A DNA stretch of 62,457 nucleotides, counting the filler, from Catajapyx aquilonaris (lineage: Eukaryota), in NCBI GenBank assembly GCA_000934665.2. It is 2 parts of 2 records of this genome, joined end to end, with 100 filler letters (N's around TTAATTAATTAA, not from the genome) between each part and the next. Parts side by side here need not be neighbours in the genome. Positions count along the whole stretch, not along the records: positions 31,274 to 62,457 come from JYFJ02004565.1; 1 more part is not named here. One strand, given 5' to 3'. A model generated the notes under the pieces. That model did not search any database. It was not told where the DNA came from and saw only the letters and a program-made list of their open reading frames with translations. Shown here piece by piece: positions 47,195 through 57,615 of the stretch (positions are counted from its first letter, which is position 1; every line of letters starts with the position of its first letter). Made by a program: the position numbers and the translations under genes.

Positions 47195-49362
47195 CGTCGG
47201 CCTTTAGCAATAAGGGCGAATGGACCATTTATGAAATTGTACATTAGAGCTAATATTAGATTGAAAATCACCTTCACAAATCACAGTATGACTGCACGAG
47301 GCCGAAAATTTACGACAGCATGGCAGTGATTCATTCCTTTTTGGTAGGAATTGTTTTTAGGAAATAAATGATTAATTATTAGTGTAATTAATGATCATCT
47401 GGATATTCGCCCTTCTTCCTAAATGATGAATGTAGGAAAGTCATGTCCCTCATAACATTCGCCTTTTATTTCTATGACATAGTTACAATCAATATAATCA
47501 CAAGGGTGTGAATTATTGGACAATTGTGAACATTTGATTGTAACTCATGAGGGGGGGGGGGGGCATTGGAACATTAATGGTAATATNATTAATGGTAATA
47601 TTTCAGAATGGTGTATTATGAGAAGGAATAGCAAAATAATGTTCTAGACTGTGTGCAGTCTGTCATTTTCTAATTGACTAATACTTTTTTACAAAGAATC
47701 CTACTCGCTGTCCTCCTCCACATCCGGTTCAGGGAGTGCGTCTCGGACCTTGCTGTCCTTACCTAATGACTTGTAAAAGGCATGATAGTCTCGTGGTATG
47801 GTCTTTTCGTCCCACAGACTCATCAGGTCATTGTATTTTGCGGCACTTATGGCGAGTGGTGCTGTGTAGGCCTTGCAAACGGTGGTAGAAGTTGCCTTGA
47901 TGCGACCCCGGGCCCGAGGGAGAACTTCAACGACCTTAAATTCATCTACATAAGTGTACTTGTAGAAGATTTTTGATGGTTCACTCTTCTTGTATGACAA
48001 TACTCTGTTAACAGCCACGTTTTTAGCTTGTTTCTCAATCATGGAATGCATGCTGTCACCCTCCTGCTGGCTGTGGCCTGTCTCCAAGAAATAGTGGACG
48101 ATCTCTTTACAATGGGGAAGAGTGCGGACTGCACGCAGAAACATTGTTGCTATGTACTGATTACGGCATTGGCCGCCACAAGCATCTGATACAAAGACAA
48201 ATGTGTCTTTATCACCCTTTTCCTTGATGTAGTTGTACAGACAAGTCCCTACTTCGATTGACCCCCTTTTCCCTTGCGTCTCGTTCCACATGTTACATGT
48301 GCCATCATGAGTGGCCACATTGTATATCGTTAAGTTATATACAGCAAGCTTTCTCTTGTAAAAGATTGATCCTACCTCACCTTTAGGGCATTCTAGTACT
48401 GCCTGCATATCAAAATTAAGCAGCACTGTCTTACTCATTGCTGAGTCGTTTTGGAGCTGCTCTTTTAGGACATTCTTTATCTTTCGCACGTCATCTTTGT
48501 GCGACAGATGCTTGTTGTGGGAATCCAGTGCTGCCTCTCTCTCCTCTCCTTTCAGTTGCTCAAATGCATTGCATCTTTTGCATTGGTCCTTCCTGGGCTT
48601 GTGAAACGCTATGTTGTATGTATTAAAGTACCCTCTGTAGGTCGATAGGGACACTGCTGGGTTGCCACTAATTCCACAACTTTCTTTATATAGTTGGTAC
48701 ATCTTTGCTAGGTTCAATCGAGCAGAAAGGTACTTCCTAGTGGAAGTCTTTCGGCAGCAATGGGATTCTACTGCTGGGAAACTTTCAATATGTTGACGAA
48801 CCTGTGCCTCTTGCTCTACTGAGGTCTTATTCTTTGAGCTTTTCTTTTCACGCATATCTAGCTGCCCTGTACCACATGGATATGACTTTTGCAATGCACA
48901 GTGTACAAACTTCTTCGTTATTCCACATACTCCCAGAAAATAAGCACGACATACCTGTCGTCGCTGTCCTTTCATGCTAACGAAATATTTCATTGACCTC
49001 CCCTTCCTTGATTTATGTCTAATACGTGTCCACACACAACCTCCGTTTGTCAGCCATTATTATTTGGCAAGGTTGGAAATACACCACTTTTAGAGCTGTC
49101 AGTGGCAATGGTATATTCGCCCTTCTTACTTGCGCACGAACATGCGGGTTAACAGATGGAAAGGGCGAATATGGATATTCGCCCTTTTTCCTAAACCTGC
49201 TTTTGGATATTCGCTAGGACCTCTCTCTCGTACTGGCCCACTGTTCATGATACCCATTCGCCCTTTCATCAAAACCTGCGGTGAGCTATTGCAACCCAGA
49301 ATATGCATTTTCGCCCTTTTTGAAAAAAATGGTCTATTCGCCCTTATTGCTAAACGCCGACG
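47195..49362 (-). mobile_element. Sola-type DNA transposon, 2168 bp, both TIRs and TATA TSD
   Basis: TATA|CGTCGGCCTTTAGCAATAAGGGCGAATGGACCATTT ... AAATGGTCTATTCGCCCTTATTGCTAAACGCCGACG|TATA, with multiple subterminal ATTCGCCCTT motifs. Confidence 0.85.
47701..49035 (-). CDS. Sola-type transposase (open 444-codon frame, probably N-terminally truncated and internally deleted)
   Basis: HIESFPAVESH, KPRKDQCKRC, FDMQAVL, FYKRKLAVYNLTIY, WNETQGKRGSIEVGTCL, SDACGGQCRN, GHSQQEGDSMHSMIEK, AKYNDL. The segment between IEKQAK and the YK...KIFYKY motif looks shorter than expected for the family. Confidence 0.78.
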   Translation of the reverse strand: MWTRIRHKSRKGRSMKYFVSMKGQRRQVCRAYFLGVCGITKKFVHCALQKSYPCGTGQLDMREKKSSKNKTSVEQEAQVRQHIESFPAVESHCCRKTSTRKYLSARLNLAKMYQLYKESCGISGNPAVSLSTYRGYFNTYNIAFHKPRKDQCKRCNAFEQLKGEEREAALDSHNKHLSHKDDVRKIKNVLKEQLQNDSAMSKTVLLNFDMQAVLECPKGEVGSIFYKRKLAVYNLTIYNVATHDGTCNMWNETQGKRGSIEVGTCLYNYIKEKGDKDTFVFVSDACGGQCRNQYIATMFLRAVRTLPHCKEIVHYFLETGHSQQEGDSMHSMIEKQAKNVAVNRVLSYKKSEPSKIFYKYTYVDEFKVVEVLPRARGRIKATSTTVCKAYTAPLAISAAKYNDLMSLWDEKTIPRDYHAFYKSLGKDSKVRDALPEPDVEEDSE

Positions 49363-49899
49363 TATAAGCAGTTTTGATGTGGATGCCACCTTTGACCTTG
49401 ATGACTGCATTGAAAGTGACACATCGTCTGAGGTATCTTATTTAAGTGACATAGATGATAGCAGTATTGACACTGGCCCGGCATTGTGGAAGCAACAGCA
49501 TGAATCCATAAATATTATTCCTGCTAATTTTCCTGTTCACACTCATATTAAACTTCATGAACATTTGATAGAATGGTATCAAAAATAATGAGTGCATACA
49601 TTACAAAAGCAGCACTCACTTCTCTCCTACATATTTTGTCTGCACATCATCATGACCTCCCAAAGGATGCACGAACACTGTTGTCTGTGACACAAGATGC
49701 TCTGGGTGGACCCATTAAGACCCCTAGTCTGGTACCAAATACACCTGCAATTTTGTAAACTATTTTCAAGTAAATAAAGACCACGTCACGTGACACATTC
49801 CCGCCAGCTTTCTTATTTGACCTCAAATAACCCCGATTCTTGCGGAGTGTTCCAAAAGTGCTTCTGAGGACAACAAGCACCAAGCTGTTCCCAGGGAAG

Positions 49900-50139
49900 A
49901 TGGCGGCGATGACCCCACCTGCGAAGAGGCTGCGACGTCCAAATTGGACAGAGGCTCTGGTCATCCAGCTGGAGACCAGGAAGAACCTGCGGGACGGGGC
50001 GTTTGGAACAGAAATCAGAAATGCCCAGGAACGGAAGGTCGCATGGACGGAATAAGTAGCCAACTGCATCAATGCCACGGAAAGCCATGAGAGGACCGGG
50101 GAAGAGGCCAGGCTGAAGTGGAAGTACCTGCGCAAAGAC
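49900..50139 (+). pseudogene. Myb/SANT-like DNA-binding exon (Harbinger-associated type)
   Basis: MAAMTPPAKRLRRPNWTEALV...RKVAWTE*VANCINA...RTGEEARLKWKYLRKD|gtatgt; one in-frame stop. Confidence 0.7.
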
Positions 50140-50809
50140 GTATGTATATATGGTAACAATAAACGTTTTCCGCCAGCAATTGTTTGCCAATTATTAGCAA
50201 ACAATTGCAGGCGGAAACCTTTTCATTAGGATGGTAATGTAGGTTGGTTACATTTCATGTTTCAGTGGGTGGTGGGCTTATTAACCCCTACCGGGATTCT
50301 TCCACCACACTACCTAAGATATTGCAGGCATGCAGTGCAATTACCATTTTCACAAAATAACTGCACATCACGACCACATTTTCGTTGGTTTCATATGCTA
50401 TTGCCGGAATAATTGACAATAATTATGACCTGATATGAAATGGAACCAACTCTTTCAGGTGTTTCCAAGTTGAACCTCAAAACTGAAATGTGAAATAACA
50501 CAGTACATGACTTCAGCCATGCAATAGTAGTATATAGCACCTTCCATAACAAGTACCAAGACAGGTGTGGCTATAATATGCCTTAAATAAATGATATTGT
50601 ACAGCATTTAACACCACAGAACTGGATTGCAGGAACACCACACTGTCTTACAGTGAACGGATGTACAAGTATTTATTTATTATTATTATATTTATTATTA
50701 TTATTTATTGTAGTGCAAGGCAAAGGCCAATGCCCGACCATGTGTCTCTGACACTAATAGGGGTAACTGTACTACTGCAGCAGATCTCCCACAGGACTCA
50801 GAGTCAGTG

Positions 50810-51744
50810 TTTGAATTCCGTTCAAGTAAGAAATCATTTTGTGTTTCAAACATTGATCATGACAATGACTTAATTACAGAGAAGGCAACTTCGTTGTGTA
50901 AGATGCTAGATTCCCTTGTGCTGTCTGAATACAACGAAAACGTCCTGTATTACATTGCAGGTTATGTTGCACGGGGCTTGTTGAGATGTACCAGATGCCT
51001 AGATTGCAAAGTGAAACTTGTAGCTGATGACTGTGTTTTTTATGACCACGATTACACATACCATAAGCGAATGGCTGTTTTTACTTCTATGAAGGACAAT
51101 GGAGGACTAACTAGGCCTTCGAATGATGTATTCACTGTGGGTTAAATACAGTGAATGTGCATTCAGAAGTGTGATGATGGGACCAACCTCCCCCCGATGG
51201 TATCTCCACCTTATCGTGGTGGTGGGGTTTGCGTTTCTCCAATGACCCCAAGAGCTATGCCGGCGGTAGCTTCGTCTACTGGTAGGGCCACCCAAGCCGG
51301 ACAGGTCTTTGGGATAGGAGACAGACTAAGAGAGATGCCAGTCTTTCCTCTCTTCTTTTTCCTCTTCGTTTCTCTCTCCATCTCTCCCACCTTTGCTTCT
51401 TCTACGAGTTCTACAGCCAGATAGCCACAGTTGCTTTGGCTTCTTCCTAATAAACCAACCAATCTGAAGTCTGTACTACAACTGTCAAGAACTATTTCTG
51501 CTTGAAAGTACTTGTTCATGCTGTCTTCAGAAGGTTGTGCTGTATGCCACTGTTTCTAGCTGCAGAGAACTGTTGTAACTGTGAAATTTTTGATGAGCCT
51601 CACTCATTTCAAATGATAAAGAAGGTTGCAGAAAAGTACTTGGAGCTTCGTCTAAGAACGTATGCTAAACACTTCACACACGAGAATTTAAAAACTGGTG
51701 TGCGCCAGAAGATCAACAAGTGTATTTTGTTTGTTCATGAATGA
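50810..51744 (+). pseudogene. C-terminal fragment of a P-element/THAP9-like transposase, interrupted by the SINE-like element
   Basis: ENVLYYIAGYVARGL..C.DC...L, KDNGGLTRPS.DVF, then after the insert H...MIKKVAEKYLELRLRTYAK...RQKINKCILF. Confidence 0.8.
51187..51462 (+). mobile_element. ~275-bp non-coding retroelement with candidate HDV-like ribozyme head and (ACCA)-type tail
   Basis: Interrupts the P-like transposase frame; ACCAA at both junctions; homologous to 52472-52736 (-) and 31329-31447. Confidence 0.75.
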
Positions 51745-52088
51745 GCGATGTTTGTGGTACTGTATGGGATATGTTTATTGTATGAATAGTAAGGCTTATG
51801 TTCCTATATATTTTTCAAGTTAATATACTGCCACATTACAGGCGTATAGTGTTGCTTTGAGTTGATGCACTGTATTTAACGTAAATAGATACTCTTCATA
51901 AATGAGTGAATAACAATGATGTATTTACTTTGTGAAAGAATGATGGTTCTATAGTTTCTGTGATGTAATATGAAGTTGACACTGTGTACTTGTAATAAAA
52001 GAGGTTATCTGAAATATATTATTTTCATTCTTGGCTTACTCCATTTTTAACAAATAACCTGTGATGGGCCATCTTTGGACCTTTTGGG

Positions 52089-52300
52089 GGAACCTTTTCA
52101 CGAATCGCCCTGGTCCAAGGGCAGGGCGACTGGGAGGGGATGTGCAAAGTGCAAGTGCAATGTCTCAAACGGTACATTTTTGTGAACTCACCCGGATATA
52201 TATTAGTCTCTCGGAGATTCCACCCGAGAGGAAGCCAGAGACGACCCAACTCTGCGCGAGATGAAGGGGGCAGACCCCGGGCTGGGATCGAATCTGGGAC
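52089..52300 (-). mobile_element. tRNA-derived SINE, copy 1
   Basis: Reverse-complement similarity to 53621-53812, including the B-box-like GATTCGATCCC and the body CCCTTCATCTCG.GCAGAG.TGGGTCGTCTCTGG. Confidence 0.65.
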
Positions 52301-52348
52301 ATTCCAAGCCTACTCTGTTATACTCACTTAGAGGTTCTTCGATTTTAT

Positions 52349-52418
52349 TTTAATATTATTTAATATACTTGTATTGTACTTAATATACTTCTATTGTATT
52401 TAATATACTTGTATTGCA
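52349..52418. repeat. AT-rich 20-bp tandem repeat (about 3 copies)
   Basis: TTAATATACTT(G/C)TATTG(T/C)A(C/T) repeated at 52360, 52380 and 52400. Confidence 0.8.
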
Positions 52419-52471
52419 CCTCGTCTTTGCTTTCTATGCCAGTGGTACTATTCATTGTGTTTTATAGTTCA

Positions 52472-52736
52472 GTTTAGTTTAGGTTATTCGGAAGATGCCA
52501 AAGCAACTATGGCTATCTGGCTGTAAGAAGAAGCAAAGGTGGGACAGATGGAGAGAGAAACGAAGAGGAAAAAAGAAGAGAGGAAAGGCTGACATCTCTC
52601 TTAGTCTCTCCTATCCCATAGACCTGTCCGGCTTGGGTGGCCCTACCAGTAGACGAAACTACTGCCGGCGTAGCTCTTGGGGTCGCGGGAGAAACGCAAA
52701 CCCCACCACCACGATAAGGTGGAGACTGCCAAGGGC
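52472..52736 (-). mobile_element. Second near-full copy of the ribozyme-headed SINE-like element
   Basis: Reverse complement reads GGCAGTCTCCACCTTATCGTGGTGGTGGGGTTTGCGTTTCTCC...GACTAAGAGAGATGTCA...GCCAGATAGCCATAGTTGCTTTGGC...TAACCTAAACTAAAC. Confidence 0.8.
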
Positions 52737-53614
52737 ATTCACCGAGAAGAGGCTAAAGTACGCGCATCACGCACCTCAGCCGTGGATCTACGACCAAGTG
52801 GAGGAATACTGGACTCCGGTTCACAGCCTCGACCAGAAGATTTGGGTTGACCACATCCAAGGACACTTGCCTTGGAATGGTCAGCAACCTCCGCGGATGA
52901 ACCTTCAAAGCAACCCACGCAGGACAACGAGGACACCAACCTAGCCAGTTCCTAATCATCGTACTTGATAACCAAGAGAAGAGTTCCAGCAGTGATTGCA
53001 TCTAGACCTTTGATATGACACCCTGGCCGAATTCGTGAGAGGGAGCGTCTCTCGCAGGATTGTTGCTTGCCGGTACACTCACGAATTATTTATAGTTCAA
53101 AGGGGAAAACTACTGCTCGCCCGGCGTTCCCTGAAAATAGTGCATCAGCTGCTGGAGCAGCCCGCGAGGGTGCATCCGGATTAGTAGTACGTCACGTGAT
53201 CGCGGTATCGCCTCGTACGGAGTAGTACCGCCATCGTCACTGTTCCAAACCGCGAGTTCCAAACCTCCTGTGTCCTGCTGCACCCACTGTACTCGCAGTA
53301 AGTTGCAGGTAAGTTGCACATGTACTGTAGTAGGTGACATGAATTCAGGGCACAGTTCCGACATTCTGACCAATGCTACAATCACTGATCTTGATATTTT
53401 AGACATGCCTCGAACTTTGGGAGAATATGGAGCCAACATGAAATGTGACTTGTGTGGGAAATGGGGGCCGCGTAACCGAACGAGGCCATACCAAGCACCA
53501 CAAGGAATAGCTGGACGTGCATGTGGGCGATGCCATCACAGGATTCATCGTGGTAAGTGTGACCAATATGTCGGCAGAGTGCCCCTGCGGTAATAACGTA
53601 TGCGCCCATGGATG

Positions 53615-53812
53615 TTAAGGTGCCGGGTTCGATCCCAGCCCGGGGACACCCCCTTCATCTCGTGCAGAGCTGGGTCGTCTCTGGGGGAATTTCCTTAGAC
53701 TAATCCACCCAGGGGAGTTCACAAACTGACATTAGCAATGACATTGCACTGCACTTTGCACATCCCCTCCAGTCATTCTGCCCGTGGGCCTGGGCGTTTT
53801 GCAAATGGTTCC
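53615..53812 (+). mobile_element. tRNA-derived SINE, copy 2
   Basis: B-box GGGTTCGATCCC at ~53625-53636, followed by the body shared with 52089-52300. Confidence 0.65.
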
Positions 53813-54513
53813 AAATGTGTATATACATATTGTAATGTACAATTGAGTAATAATAAAGGTCCGTGCAGCGATACCGATAAGGTGAAAAGCACTACCCCTA
53901 CAATTTTTAAAAAATATATGTGCTGCCTGTATCTCTGCTGCTGTGTAGTTGTAATAGTATGACTCATGCATCAACCAAAACTTTTTTCGCAGAAGCAGAA
54001 GCCAGCACTGCTAATTCCGAAAGTGGTGGCCATCATAAGGCTTCTCATTGATCCTCATTCTCATTCTCATCCTCACGATGATCCTCATTCAGGTGGTGGT
54101 GGCCTGCATGTCCTGCTACTTCTTTTGTATGACTTGCATGACAGCTTCCTCTCTACTTTCAGTACCTCCTGCTACATGCATCACCCTACCTGTCCCAAAG
54201 ATAAGGCTTAGGCCCAACGCCTGCATGTCATGTGGCCTCTCATTTTTCCAGGATCCCGGGATGGCCTCAAAGGTGGTGACAATATCCGCCAATGACCCCA
54301 TCTCACGTACGCTCTTTAACAATATTACTACATTTCAAATTTTCATGGAGATGCCCTAATTACAGAGTAATTCGTGAGATTTTGAAGACAAGAATGGGGA
54401 TTGTTAATTATACTGTTTTTGTTTGTAAGCATTTCCAAGGAAACTCAAAAAGTGAGAAGTTCCAGAATTTATTGCATTTTCGGAGATATCGAGTGTTCCC
54501 TTCCTGTTTCTCG

Positions 54514-54710
54514 ATGCCTCCAAAAAAACGTTGCACTTTTGGGCAATCTCCCGCTGCCAAACGCAAACGAAGTACAAGGAAGCAAGAAACTTCAGAAGAG
54601 CGAGACTCCCGTCTACACATTCATGCAGCCAGGCAAGCTGAGCAGAGGAAGCAAGAAACATCAGAAGAACGAGAGGGCCGTCTACACCTCCAAGCAGCCA
54701 GACAGCCCCG
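54514..54710 (+). mobile_element. Helitron RepHel N-terminal fragment
   Basis: MPPKKRCTFGQSPAAKRKRSTRKQETSEERDSRL...RKQETSEEREGRL: the R..ET.EER..RL repeat typical of animal Helitron N-termini. Confidence 0.65.
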
Positions 54711-55039
54711 GCTCTGGCAGGAACTGATGCCAGTAATGATTGACACCAGATTGACCCCTTTACAGTTAATGAAAAATTTTGGCTTATTGTTTTCAATATA
54801 ACTACACAATGACCCGATAAGGCCAATTTTAAGGCAGTGTAGGGGCATTCTCCTGGATTTCTTTAGCGAACAAACACACCCACAAACATCCTCATTTATA
54901 GATATAGGCCTACCACCATAACATCTGCTAGTATAATATTATATATATAGTGTATTCAATAAATGAGGTAATAAAATAATATACCATCATAGTTTGATTA
55001 AATTGACCTGCTGCCAGTAGTGCATATACAACTCCTGTC

Positions 55040-55196
55040 AATGCCCAGAGAAGATTGGAATGAATAACATTCTTGTAATATCCGTACAAACCTCCCACGG
55101 ACATCCTCTGAATGAAACTTGGCCATTCGTGGATGTCCAGGGGATTTCAGCCGGATATTCCATGGATGTCCTCGGGATATTCCGGTGCTACTTGGG
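55040..55196. mobile_element. Terminus of a CACTA/EnSpm-type element
   Basis: Ends GTGCTACTTGGG (reverse complement CCCAAGTAGCAC), preceded by subterminal GGACATCC/GGATGTCC/GGATATTCC repeats. Confidence 0.55.
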
Positions 55197-57615
55197 TATG
55201 AGAACCAGAAGGTAAGTTCAAACAAAGATTGGCTCATGATGTTGATGGTACCCATTCAACTCCTTTCCTGCTCATGCAAAATTCACGACTATCTTCTTGC
55301 AAGTAGGTACTGCATACCGATCCGTTTTCAGCACGTGAGAGAAACACCAAATGCCATCTCCCGATGATATCTCCACCATCTGTTATTAACCCTTTTAATA
55401 TTTTATAACGCTAGGCCATTGTATATAGTAGAGTGAGAGCCACTCACAGAAACTTCCTTCTAATTAAGAGGACACTGCATATGATGCGTTTGCTCAGACG
55501 ACCTTTGCAACTCAGCATTTGACTATGCACCTCGAATCAGTGCACCTGCCCCAGGACCAGAGCTTCTGCCATCTTCCTGATGGATCTTTCTGTATTGTCC
55601 CCCACAGTTATACGACAGGACGGCATTGATTTCACATGTTTATAAGTTATAACTGATTATATAATCCTTGTCTACCTGAAGGATCTGGCATGAGCTGATG
55701 GAAAAGGTATCGACAGGCATGTTATTTGCATACATGCATATGTGCTGATATTACTGGGCGTCAAATATGTTCTGCTCATCAGCCCATTCAAACCTTTCCC
55801 GATCGAACGAGCTCATCTGCATGACAAAGTTGCAAAACCTGCTAGGAATATCATCAAGGGCCTGCAGAATAATGTGCATGATGCGCCCATCAGCATGGGA
55901 CAATGTCTTCACGCATCATTTGCAATATTCAATGGCTGTTCGAGGTCAATGGAATCATTTCCCGAGGACATGTAAAAGGGATAACCTTCTATGAGCATGA
56001 CATTTATGGCAAGTAGAAGGAATTTCGTGATTATCTGGCGACACTCTCTTAACATTGTCAGCTAAGAACAACATAATAAGAACATTGCAACACAATATTA
56101 TTACGTACGTAGCAGTAAATTTCCTACAAAAATTTCAGACCAACGACGATTGATGACAGCATCAGTGCAATGAAACAAGGCTACTTCGAGAGTAGAAACA
56201 TGCCACAAATGAAACTGAGGTGGAAGACGTGGATTTTTCACCAAAGGAATAATACCGTTAAAACGTGATTTTAATTATGGCCAAATCCAGTTAAAACTAC
56301 ACATTGACCATCTGTGTAGAACCAGCAGACCATCTTGTAGAAATGGTGGCACAATCAGTTTCTCCACATCCAATAGGCGTGGACCATTTACAACAACTCT
56401 TCTTTGCGGAAATTGCAAGATGGGCTGAAGGAAAATAACACTCTTGCTAAAAATGAAGAGTTTGACATTAGCACCGTTTATGGACCAAGGCTCGAATGTA
56501 CCAAATTAGCAGAAATCGTAGGGATTCAGTCACATCAGTAAGAAAGTGTCTGAAACAGTGGCTGCACTTCGGAAATACCCGACAGATGTCGGGCAGTGAA
56601 TCCAATAGTAATTAGTACATTCTCGCCCCATGTATTATATGATAAATCTCTCGACGTAATTAATAGTGTTGTTCCTTACGTACAGTCGTGGGACAGAGAC
56701 AGAGAAGTGTTGATACTCCTGACATCAAGGACATTCTATACTATTCAGCCATTTACATATTTCCAGATCTTAGCGTACAGGTCTTAGAACAATAATTAGG
56801 TATACGAAGACCCTAAATATTTCACCAAAGGTCTCCTGAATAGTGCCACCGATGCACTACGTCGGATATGTGGATGTCACACAGTAAGTATATAAACAAT
56901 CATGTTCTGTAGGTGCCAGAAAGACTCTTTTATACTGCGACCAATAGGAGTGGACAGTTTACAATTGCTCTTTGCTGAATGAAGGTCGGGTGGTCCGCAC
57001 ATCTGATTCTGAAATCTGAGTCCCACAGACGGACGAAGAGTGAGCAATCTCATCATGCCTCCGCAAGCCGAGTGAACTTATGCATATATACCGTAGGGTT
57101 TTAGATGATTGAGACACTACATGAACAAAAATTAATGTTAACATTACTACTGAAGTATCTACTTTGTACATACATTACAAGAAATTATACTGTGATCCTG
57201 CAGTTAATTGCGTATACATCATGACACGCCTACAATACTTCCACATTCAGACGATAGTGCATTGACCATGGCCTAATTAATTCAACATTATTTTTTTCTT
57301 GCACAACAGCTTAGCAAATTTCGTGGCCATTTTGAAAGTAATGGAAATACATACCTGTTTTCAAGAAACAGAACATAAGTCAGGATAAAATAAGTGTACA
57401 GTAGCCTATACTTTATAGCAGCTCCCCTTGGAATTATTATCTTCACTTGCATGTGAAGTTGCAAAGAGATTAATTAATTAATAAGTTTATTATTAGAAAC
57501 TTTTATTAAGGCTGTGAAGAAGTCTAAATGAAGGTAAATCGCAGACCATTTCGATGCTGTATCCTGCCGCAATATTTATAAATAAATCCTTGCAGGGTAT
57601 GCTTATTTGTTTCAG

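Larger units (their letters stand above)
46928..49690 (+). pseudogene. 5' fragment of a CACTA/EnSpm transposase, split by the Sola element
   Basis: MLSERLVGRRQFYRRI (46928) and an acidic tract before the insertion; after it L.EW...ITKAALTSLLHILSAHHHDLPKDARTLL, a hallmark of animal EnSpm transposase N-termini. Confidence 0.65.

Noticed and set aside
49900..50139. Myb/SANT exon as the missing 5' exon of the partner gene at 42206-43065
   Set aside because: It is on the opposite strand and separated by several unrelated elements, so it more likely belongs to a different Harbinger fragment.
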